A stretch of 64,000 nt of DNA from the NCBI RefSeq assembly GCF_021028975.2, contig NC_059426.1, positions 31,372,001-31,436,000 of the forward strand, read 5' to 3'. Position numbers and translations under genes: made by a program. The notes below the pieces were generated by a model. That model did no database searches. It was given only the letters and a program-made list of their open reading frames with translations, and was not told the DNA's origin. Positions 37,401 through 49,400 of this stretch are shown here, piece after piece; position 1 is the first letter of the stretch; each line of letters begins with the position of its first letter. This DNA comes from Sphaerodactylus townsendi (Eukaryota).

Positions 37401-40400
37401 CTTATCTAGGTCAGGGCACTTAATCTGCTACAGAAGAAATGCAAAAAAATAACGTTTTTGGCAAAAATTGCTGTTATTGAAATTGCAGAAAAATGAATAT
37501 TTCCTTGCACCTGGAAATTAATATTTTAATGAGCAATGTTTCACTGAATCCTACTGCTAGGAGACCTAGGAGGATCTCCAAAGAGGAAACTATTCATAAT
37601 TCTTTTTTATTCACTGCTGGTGAGAAAAAAAGTGTTCTCATTTAGCCGGCTTGCTTCTCAACTCTCAGAGAATGGATGCATGTCAGAGAAGAGGGGTCAA
37701 ACAGAGGCCCAAAAGCTATGGTGAGCCAAGGTTCCTAGGCATGTGGTTTGGGATACATAATTCCCTGCCATACATAACAGCGGACAGAAACGTTCAGGGT
37801 TAACGGGGACTCATCTTTTCCTGTGGCATATAAAGTAGTCTTCCATTCTGGACTCTAGAAAGCCTGCCCCGGCCACAGTATATACCTTTCCATAATTTTT
37901 GAAGTCTGTTATTTCATTTATTGATGTTGATCCTGTGAACTCAGCTTATGAGATCTTGCAAACCACTTACAAAAATGTAGAGAGAAAAATAAAATGTGGG
38001 TGACCTATCATTTTACAGAACGGGGACAAGCTCAAACCTGTGTGTTGCTGTCTTATTGACTATCTCTTGAAGTTTTTTTTTTTCCGTTTCTTCAGTGACA
38101 AAACTGTGCGTTGTCGTCTTATCAACTATCTCTTAAAGTATTGTCAAAGGATTTCATGGCCGGAATCACTGGGGTGCTGTGTGGTTTCTGGGCTGTATGG
38201 CCGTGTTCTAGCAGCATTCTCTCCTGACATTCCGCCTGCAATTGTGGCTGGCAGCCAGCTGTAGATGCAGGCGAAACATCAGGAGAGAATGCTGCTAGAA
38301 CACAGCCATACAGCCTGGAAGCCACACAGCACCCCAGTATCTCTTAAAGTTTTTTTCCTGTCTCTTCATTGACATCAGTAGTGCCAAACCAGGCTTTTTA
38401 GTAACTGAATGACTTAACATATACTTGGGTTGGTTAAGGACAAGCTTGCTTATGCCTGGAGTTTCAGCAGCAATAATGTTGTGTTGACTCCATGTGGCTG
38501 AAGAGAACCACGCTATACAGAAACTCCAGCAGACTGTACCATAGCATAGACAGTGAAGCTGGCACTTAGAACACTCTGTGTTTCCAAAGTTACCTTTTCT
38601 TTCCATTTCGAAATACAGTCGTGCCAGGGTTCAATCGGTTTTGGCTTCTGTTCCATTTCTGCTAGAAGACTGCCCAATTTGAAGTAATTTGCTTGTAAAA
38701 GATTAACTTTCAGAGTTGCCTTCAATATTGCACATGAAAAATAAAACCACAAAAACACTCTTAATAAAACAGTATTTTGCTGCACGTTGAATTCAATTTT
38801 TTTTTCAAAAAAAGAGAAACTCTTTGTTTTTTTAAAAAAAATTCTTTCCTGTCCCTTTGTCCTAAAATCAAAGTTTAAATAAGTCCAACAAATACTAGAC
38901 AGTTTTTTACTCTCTAGCTTGCCTTCAAGAAAGTTCACTTTACTTTCTCACAATCCTACTGATGATAATCTGTTGTTTGACACAGTGGGGATGGAAAATG
39001 GCTCAGTAGTAGAGGATCAGTTTTGCACGCAGAAGGTCCTAGATAAGGGGACTGCAACCTGTGGCTCTCCAGATGTTCATGGACTACAATTCCCATCAGC
39101 CAATTGACCATGCTGGCAGGGGCTGATGGGAATTGTTGTCCATGAACATCTGGAGAGCCACAGGTTGCAGACCTCTGTCCTAGATCGATCCTTGGCATCT
39201 TTAGTTACAAGAATCAGGTAGAAGGGAAATGTGAAAGACCTCTGCCTAGGAGCCCAGATCAGAGGCGTATTTGCATATTTAGCAAAGGCTCATGGGTATG
39301 TTGTTAAAATGATCACTATAACTTGAAAACATAGTCCAAGGCACTGACCTTGGAGATCAGGAATGTGGCCGTGTCTCCCTGCTTTTAGCAGGCCCAGTTC
39401 TGCCTTGGAATATCTATTCAAGTTATTTTTGAAATGTTCACCATAACTTGGAACGATAGTTCACGGCAGGACAAGGCCTGCTAAACGACATGGGCTAAGA
39501 CCACAACCTGGATCTCTGGGCAGGGTTGAGGTGTTCCTGGCTCTCTGCAGTAGGGAGGGGAGCACCTGGAAGAGGCTTGTAAAAAAAGTATCCCATAGGA
39601 CCCTTCTGTGTATTGTGATTGTGATATTGTGTACATAAGGCAGACTATGTGTGGGCCTTTTATAAATGTAGATTATTTTAATTTGTAATAAATACATATG
39701 TGTTTTGAATACTTAGCAGTTTTATATTGAGTGGCCCCTTCAACTATTTCTTGACCTTTTAAGTACTTCTATTTTGTAGGGTTAAGTTTGTTTCCCCTTT
39801 TTTGTTTGTATTTAAGGGACTCCCCAGGAATAGAGAAATAGGTGACTTTGTGAATTATCCCAAAGGGGCGGCGGGGGGGGCATTTAAAAACTGTTGAGGA
39901 CTGAAAATGCTCCAGAAGGGATGAATTATTGAGAGTCAGTTAAAGAGAAGAAAGGGGAGCAGAGGAGAAAGCCCCGTTGAGAACACCTTGGAGTGGGGGG
40001 GGGGGGGGGGACTTGGAGGCGTTTTGGACATTGTTGTCCTCTTTCCACCATTCCTGGTGGATCCCCAGATTGGGAGGTTCTAAAAGTCACGTTACAAACT
40101 TAAAGTACGAACATGATGTTTAAAACTCTGAAAAACAGAACTCAGTCCCAACAGCCACAAAAACGTTCCAAAAGAAGAACGATGAAAAATACAAAATCCC
40201 AAAATAGCAGCATAGAAAGAAACTGTGCTTATAATAAAAGCAAAATGTGCCCAGAAAACCTGAATCTCAGCAGTTTGCAAAGACAGCCTGAAGACAAGCT
40301 AAACAAGCATGTGAATTAGCTGCTGAGTTTGGGATTTTCTGGTGATAAAAATGGAAGTGTCGGCTGGTATTTTCCAAGGTGGTCCAAAACAACTTATTCA

Positions 40401-43400
40401 TATACAATCCAAATTGTACCTCGTTGAGCTGCTCGGTGATCTCGTTCTGATTCTGCGGATCCAAGAACTGCGGCATCTCCAGGTACGCTTGAATCATCCG
40501 TTCCAGTCCTTTAAAGAAGGTATTGGGATAAATGATTATTTCTAAATCCTTCTTTTTAAAAGATTGTTTTAACTGTATTGCGGGATTTTCAAACACAGTG
40601 AGTTGGGCCCTACCACCCAGGAGTGCAAGGAGTACACAGAAAGGGGACTTCCACTTCTCTCACCAGCCATATCCCCTCCCCCCACCCCAACAGCTTGTGT
40701 TGAGGGGTCAGGACCCTCCTGGAAAAAACGCCACATGGCATAGCGGAACACGATATTCAGGCAAAATTGTCCTGGTGAAGAGCTTGTTCCGCCAAATTTC
40801 TGGGATATATAAAGTTCGAGAATATAAGAAGGTGATTTACACGGGTAGGGGGAATCTGGGTTCAAATTACTGCTCAGCCTTGTCTATCTCACAAGGTTTA
40901 TTCATTTACTGAATTCATTTGCCTTTCTCCCCAGTGAGGGCCCAAAGCAGCTTACATTGTTCTTCTGTCCTCCATTTTATCCTCACAACGACCGTATGAA
41001 ATAGGTTAGGGCAGCTGAGAGAACATGATTGGCCCAAGGTCACCCAGTGAGTTTCCATAGCACATGTGGGGATTTCCAGATACTAGTCTGACAATGGCCC
41101 TTTCCACACCAGCCTTTTAAAACGTTTTGAGGCAGGAAATAAAATATTTCCTCCACGGAGTTCTGGATTGTTTTTGCCCCCAAACGTTTTATTTCCAGCC
41201 TCAAAACATTTTAAATGAATCCCTTTTAACACTATTCTCTGGCTGAAACGTTGTGAAAATGTCTTCAGTTGCTATGCGATCCATTGACTAACTTTCCCAC
41301 ACTTCTCTGCTACCATGAACTTCTTCCTCAGCACCATTTTGTGAGCTCATTCAGTTCCCTCTTATTTGCTGTATTTCTCGGTTTGTCCTTTTATTTTTGA
41401 CGGGCCAGTCTTTGAAACATCAAGTGTATGAGGAATATAGAATCCAGCACCAGGCTGTGAAGCATTAAAGCATCAATTCAACACTGAACTCAAAAAGGTT
41501 GGGGGGGGGGATCACACAATGATGGGCAGGAATCATTTTGAAGGGGTGAGTGAAGACATACGTTATTGTAAAGCAGGGGTCTTCAAACTATGGCCCTTCA
41601 GATGTTCATGGACTACAATTCCCATCAGCCCTGCCAGTTGGCCATGCTGGCAGGGGTTGATGGGAATTGTAGTCCATGAGCATCTGGAGGACCATAGTTT
41701 GAAGACCCATGCTGTAAAGGATGGGAGGACTGAAAACGTTTCCGAATCATTTTAGGGGATTTGTAGAGGAAAGGCCACTCTTAACCACTACACACTGGCT
41801 GTCAGGGTTGCAAAATGGAGGGAGAAAACAAAATGGAGGAAGGGAGAACCATGTAGATCTCCCTGAACTCCTTGAAGAAGGATGGGATAGAAATAGAATA
41901 GATCACCAAGTCAGTTATGAATTTGGTATAGCTCTGTCCTTTGAAATGGCTCTCAGAACAAAACCATGGATGAATCCAGTGGTGGGATTCAAATAATTTA
42001 ACAACCAGTTCCGGTGGTGGGATTCAAATAATTTAACAAACTGATTGTTTACAAGCACCATTTTAACAACCGGTTCTGCTGATGTGATGCGAACCTGCTG
42101 AATCCCACCACTGGATGAATCTACATCCAGGCTGATGAACCCATATGATAGATCAAGGCATAGCGCATAAGAACCTCTCTTGTCCTGTAGGGCTTTTTCT
42201 AAGTCCTTTTGTAGGCGTAGTACTTTAGCTTTGATGGAAGCGTGCCTCCTCTCTTTTTCAATGAGGCTGGTTGAATCTTCCTCCTTCACAGGAAACAGAA
42301 TTTAGACCCAGAAAGAAAATAGAGCATTAAAGCTGGAACACACACCTGTTAAAAGTGCAAGTCTGGAGTAAAATATATATTAGGTAGTAGTCTGAGTTCA
42401 AATATACTTTCACGACTGGAGTGATAAGTTACACATTTTGCAGTGATTTTATGCATATGTACAGTTTCAGTTGTTACTATGAAAACGAAATAATAATCTC
42501 CCCTCAGCGTGTGAAGGGTGAGCAGGTCTTTGGAACAAAAGAGGGGTTGCAAATATTACTGAGAAAAGATGACAGGGGTTGAACTGGTGGACCATGTCTG
42601 GTTTGAAGGACACAATAGGGCCACAGCTGAAAGATGAGCTCAGATGGAGCCTTGGGGACAGTATGCCCTTGAATTGGAGAGGATAGAGATGGAGGCGGAA
42701 TGAGGGACCACTCCCCACATTCCCAGACCATTGCTGCATGATGGGTGTGGACATGTGGAGATGAGCTGGGGAGGGTGGCAACAGGGGTAAGCTGTGAGCT
42801 CACAGGTCATAGGAACAGGGTGCAGCTCAATGTCCTAGTATGGAAAGATGGAGTCGAAAAGAAGCTTCTATTAAAACTAGGTTTGTATGCTTGCCTGCGA
42901 GTACTGTGTTGATTCTGTGGGGAGATGAATGGCCGACCCCTTCCCAATCTGCTCACCACCCCTGCCTCCTCTGTGTGCTGGGCTGGAGGCCATGCCTTCA
43001 ACTACACTGTGTGTTTAGGGTGTTTATGCTGATGTTCTGCAAAATAGCAGATCTGGGAGCTAGTGTGACCTGATTAAGTGGGAGGTAGAAGGGACCTCCA
43101 AAGTGAAGGCAATGGAATAGTTGGGTGTGGTATAATGGTTAGAGTGTTGGATGAGGATTTGGGAGACCTGAATTTTAATTCCTACTCCACCATGAAGCTC
43201 GCTAGATGACCTTGGGCTAGTCACTCACCTACAGCCTAACAGACCTCACAGGATTATTGTTGTGAGGGTAAAATTGGAAGAGGAGAGGGACAATGTACTT
43301 TGTACATTGAGCTCCTTTAAGGAAGGGAGGGATTAAAATGTGAAAGGTAAATAGATAGAATAACAATGTATACTATGCTGACCAGAGTCAACAACCAATT

Positions 43401-46400
43401 TTATGGCAAAGTCCCTTTGAAGATGGTGATGGAAGCCACATGGCTAGTTCCCAATCCCACTCTTTCAAAGAAGACTATCAGCAAGGCCCATCGCCACAAT
43501 AATCAACTCTCCAAGCAACCTTCTCATCCCAAGCCCCTCTCTGCTCCCTGTGCTGTTTACATCAGGGTTACCCTCATATTGAGGGGCCTGCTGCTCTCCC
43601 TTTTTGGGGAAGGTTTTAAAGGTGTATTTTTTGGATGCCTCTTTTTAACTATTTAACTGTATTAACCGCTGTTTATATGGAGTTTTAGCGAGTTTTATTG
43701 ATTATTAACTGGATAGAGCTATGTTATTTGTTTATTGCATTTTGTATGATTTGTTTCTCTATCTGATATTATATGATTTTATGCTGTACACTGCCCAGAG
43801 CCCTTCGGAGACGGGGCAGTATAGAAATCCAAGTAATAAATAAATAAAAATAAATAGATTTGTCAATAGAGGCACAAACAGGTATGGCAAGCACAAGGGG
43901 CCAGATTTGCATGGGAATTCAGTTGCTGATCCTCATGCTAATATAGTCCAATATCTGTGTCCCAAAAACTGAAACAGGCACTCTGCAGAATGCATTTAAG
44001 CATAGCTTGCCCCTCCAAGTATGAGGGGTGGGGGGGAACATCTTGGCAACACCAGCTTTCTGTCTTTATATACATATTGCCCATAATATCGGTGGCCATT
44101 TTGACAGTCTACTTACATAATAATCTGTTAACAAAAACTCTGATTTGTTCTCTTCGACGGACATTGCCATTTCTCCCAACAACAACTGGGAGTCTTTTTC
44201 AGGATCAACTTTGCCAACAGCAGTATGCATTTGAGTGTGACACTAGAATCATGACAAACAGGATTTGTTATGAGGAATCAGTTCTTGTCATATTTTTTCT
44301 TCAGAATATTTATTTCACTCATCTGAATAACACATACAAACAAAGATAAAGAAAAAATCCCAATCTAGTACCCCTCCCCCATAATAATAATACTAAATTT
44401 AAAAAAGGGAAAAAAACACATAAATACCTACACATACATATGGTGACCTCCAGCTATCTCACTAAGGATCTAAGCATAATTCTAACTCCATGCTTATAAT
44501 TAACATCTACATTTTTTCACTTTTAGTCCTTCTTAATCCAATACGCTGTTTTTTCTTGTCATATTAAATGTGAAATGAAAAATAATAGAATTACTTACTG
44601 CAGTTATGCTATGTCCAAAACTGGAAAGATGTTGGCTGTAGCAATTTAACATATTGCATAGTAGGTGCAGCCGCTCCTTTTCAAGATTGAGGATATTCTG
44701 TTTGAAACAGGAAAAGTAATTACCACACAAAATCTCTGTTATCACACTGATCTTCTGAAAGCCACACAGAATTGTAGCAATTGGAGTAGGACACCTCCTT
44801 GAGTTTTTCCTGTTAAGTCAGAATGGCTCATTCATGCAGGCTGCCGCCAAGTGATTCAACAAATTGAGGATGCTTTAAAAATGGGTTTAAAATTGTATGT
44901 GATAAGTTCTCAGCAGAACCCATGCTTTTGGTTTCTGGTGGTGGAAAATGCTGTCAATTTGCAGCTGGCTTACGTCAACCTCATAAGGTTTTCAAGGCAA
45001 GAGACCTCAGAGATGGTGTGTCATTGTCCAGCTTTGTATAGCAACCTTAGAGTTCTTCAGTGGTCTCCCATCCAAGTACTAACAAGGGCCATCTCTGTTT
45101 ACCTTTTTAGATCAGGCTAGCCTGCTCCATCCATGTCAGGGTCTTCTGATTACTACAAAGTTTAAAATATTAAACGCAGCTTTCATAGAAGGTGGCACTG
45201 GTCAATGCACGTGCTTTGTAATGCTTAAGGAGAAGAGGCAAAATTCATTTTTAAACTAGATCCTTAAAGAATCACATCCGATTCTCATATCATGTGTTCA
45301 TGTCTCCAAAGACACCTCATCAATTTTTCTTTAAAAAAGCGGAAAACTACATAATCAGCTGGAAATGCTGAGTTGAATCATGTACATTACAAGCTAAAAG
45401 AGCAGGTGCACTCTGATCTGGAGGAACCGGGTTTGATTCCCAGCTCTGCCGCCTGAGCTGTGGAGGCTTCTCTGGGGAATTCAGATTAGCCTGTGCACTC
45501 CCACACACGCCAGCTGGGTGACCTTGGGCTAGTCACAGCTTCTCGGAGCTCTCTCAGCCCCACCTACCTCACAGGGTGTTTGTTGTGAGGGGGGAAGGGC
45601 GAGGAGATTGTAAGCCCCTTTGAGTCTCCTACAGGAGAGAAAGGGGGGATATAAATCCAAACTCTTCGTCTTCTTCTTCTTCTAAAAAGGCAGCTAGCAG
45701 CGATGACTGCAGAGCAACCATTCTGGGCAATCCTAATAAAGGTGGGGGTGGTTGTAAATCCTGGGTGGGTGGAATGAAGGAGTGAAGTGGCAGAAAATGG
45801 CAGGCACAAGGAACAGAGAAACCAAAAGCGGGCTTAGGATAAAACCCACTGTCTCCCCTCACACTTTTTTTTTGTCTGTGCTGTTCAGAAAAAAAGATGA
45901 GAAAACAAGTTTTTTTAAGACACCCCCCATGACATCTTATTTTGGTTGTGCAGAAAAGACCATTTTCTCCCCACTGTGAGTATATGTGTAAGTACTTTGC
46001 ATGGAATAGAGGGAAACATTTCCTTCTATCCCTTCAAGCTGGTTCACAGATTATTTTTTAAAAAAACCTCATCCATGGGATGAATTAACGTTCATAGGAA
46101 CATCCATATTGTTCACTCAAAGATTTTAAGTGTGGTGGCTCCCATAGTTGTTGGTTTTTTTGCATATGTTTTGAAAAATTGAAGGCTGTAAACCAGAGTT
46201 CTATGAACCACCAACCTGCTCACCAAACAAAAGCAAGGGACTCCCATGAGTGAAAACGTGGATCTGACCGTCAACAGACACATCCACCAACATGATTAAC
46301 CTTCTCCCATTGAGATCAGGGGATTTTAAAGTTCTTCAATTTGGCTGAATCATGGCCTTTGTTTCTTTTATGTAACTGTTCCCTTAGCTAAAGAACCCTT

Positions 46401-49400
46401 ACAAAGTTTGAAGCAGATCCAAACAATATTATTAAAAGTAATTAAAAACACACTTGCTCTCACAGCGGAGGTGGGGATGCTTAACAGGGTTTAATTAAAC
46501 TTCTGCTTGAAGAACAAAAATGATTGGAAAGTTTACAGCCAAATTGTTGGGGCTGGTGGGTTTTAAAAAAGCATCTTTAATGAACTTCTGTGTTTTTGTT
46601 AGTTTTCTAGGTCAGACTCTAACATGAAAGGAGTAATTCCAAATACCGGCAAAGTCAGTTTTGACTTTATTGAGACACAAAGAAAAAGAGGTGAAAACTA
46701 AGATAGTGATAGGATATATTCACCAAAAAAAAACAAAAACCCAGCGTATACCGTGTTTCCCCGAAAATAAGATAGGGTCTTATATTAATTTTTGCACCAA
46801 AAGATGCATTAGGGCTTATTTTCAAAGTAGGGCTTATTTTAGGGAAAATACGATACCTTCACAATTAATTAAGGCGGGCTCTTGGCAGCCCCATTGCTCC
46901 CCCCATCACGTGGGATGCAAGCTGCATCCTCATTGGCAGGGAGCACCCTGCTGGATCACACCATCCTGATCTGTAACTACGGGTAGGGCTGACTTTTGGA
47001 GTAGGGCTTATATTTTAAGCATCCTCCAAAAATACTGAAAAATCATGATAGGGCTTATTTTCGGGGTAGGGCTTATTTTCGGGGAAACGCGGTAGTTAAA
47101 TGGTTCTTGTTGCCCTTAGAATAGGGTTCCCCAATGTGGTGCCCCTCATCACCATGGTACCAGCAGACGCGTAGCAGCAATGGAGACATCTGGGGTGGTT
47201 TGTCCTGGGTGCCACCATTGCTGTCACGTGGTGGGGACGTTTCAGGGCGTGTTGGGGCGGAGCAGGGGCAGGAGGGCGCATGTGGGCAGCTCATGCCCCA
47301 TGTGTTGTTCACCCTCCCTTCGTCACTGGGTACCAGCCATGTGTTTTTAGAAAATGAGCAGTGCTAGATCAGACTTTTGCCCAGCAGGACTTCTGATGGG
47401 CCACTGGAGATCTCATTGACTATGCAGATTTTATAAAAGTTGCTTCAGCAGCTGCCACCACAGTACAAGCATCTTCACTGCATGATTGAAGATGTATACA
47501 TTAGATTACTTAGATTATTTGAAGATTATTATCGATTAAGATCATTAAGAAATTTGGTTAAAATAAGATAACGAACGGGGACTGGAGATAAGTTCCAGTT
47601 GATCAGAACAGTTAGTGCCACCTCTGTTAATGATGAAGTTAATTTTCAGTTAGTAGAGTTGTAAGAGAGGTCATACAAATAGTAATATAGTTGTACAAGG
47701 AGAAAGAATGAGGTTGGTTTTACTTTCTAATCTAATTAACAGCTGTTAAGATATTGGAAGCAAAATGTTTGTAACCTGATTTATCAAATGAGATGTGACG
47801 AGAACAAACCTGCTCCTTTCTTTCTCTCCTTTCTCTCTTCTTTTTTAAAAATTTTGTAACTTCTATCTTTTAAACAATAAAGATATTTTTTTTAAAGAAG
47901 ATGTATACAAGGAAACATTTTAAACAATATGCTCATTTCAAAAGACATCTTGATAGAGTTTCGGCCTGAAATGCTGAAAAGTTACTCTTAGAGCTACGCA
48001 TAACCTCTTTTTCAGACATGCTGTGGTTGGCTCTGTCTCTTATGGCAGCCATTTTGTGGTTGTGCACTCCACACTGTCAGAATTCCAAAGGTGTCTTCAG
48101 GCTCAAAATGTCTGGGGATCTCTGCCCTGGACATTACTGACAATGACAGTTTCTCTCTTAAGAGTAGAAACATCCTTACTTCAATAAGTCAGGTTCTGGG
48201 TTGGACCTAAAATACTGTGAAAAGAGCTCCTCATAGAATGCAGCATGCTTGTTCTGGCTACAGCCCACTATGGGCTGGGAATCCCAGAAACAGAGCTAGG
48301 CAAAATGTGGGGTCTGCAGTGGGAGGGGACAACTGGCAAAGACTGTACCTTCCTGTGCTAGTAGAAGTGCCCTTGGTCTCCCCTAATCGGCATCCCTGTG
48401 ATAGATCAAGACCTTGTCTGATGATCCTTCAACTAACAAGTGAAGACCTTCAGCAGAGGTTGTTGTTGAGGACTTTTCTTGCCCCCAGGATAATTGGCAG
48501 TGCTAGGACAAATGAAGTGGCCTTAAGCAGAATCAGGTCATTGTGGGGATGCCAGGCTCCAGGTAGCACCTGGGGATCCCCCCCAAAATCCCAGCTCATC
48601 TCCAGACTACATAAATCAGTTTCCCTGAGAGAATGGGAGGATGGACTTTGGAGGATGGACTCATTCGCATGGTAACCCAGCAAGGCCCCTGTCCTACTTC
48701 GTCCCCAAATATCCAGGAGTTTCCCAGCCTGTATCTGACAACACTACCTCGAATTCCCTACCAGTGGTCAGGAAAGATCTGGCAACATTCGGCTGTTGGT
48801 TCATCCAGTCCGATAGTTCCTAAATTTTGTGGCTTTGGGAAAAGTTTCTTTTACTGGAGGTGTCAGAAACAGAATCTGGTACTTTCATAAGGTACAACCT
48901 TCTTCTCACTTTCAACAAATAATCTTTGAAATTAGTGATTTTTCTTTCAGGGTGATTTTGTAGGCCTTGATTTCTCTTGTGAACAGACAACAGTTTTTGT
49001 TGAGGAGGGAGGAGGTCAGAATGGGGGGGGGAAAGAATCTTCTGGGGGGAAAGAATCAGCATGAAACCACAGAACGGCACAAGAAAAGAACCTCACACAA
49101 CTTACCTGGTGGCAGTTTTCTAATGTTGTCCCCCATTTTAACCTAATTTCACAGGCAGTTAAACTCTTGTTGTAATAATCTTCATCATCCTTTGCCAGTT
49201 TTGTAGCAGATTTTTCCAGGTTTCTGAGTAACTTCAATAAAAATACAAATGCGTAGTTATTTTAAGAAATGAGATAATTGACTTTGTTTATTTGAGCCTC
49301 TGTCTCATAGTGGGCACACGCTGTCGTTTATTTATGTCTGTGTGGAGTCAGAAGAGGTACGGCCAGCTGTTTTACAGTGTTACATGCAAAACTGACATGA

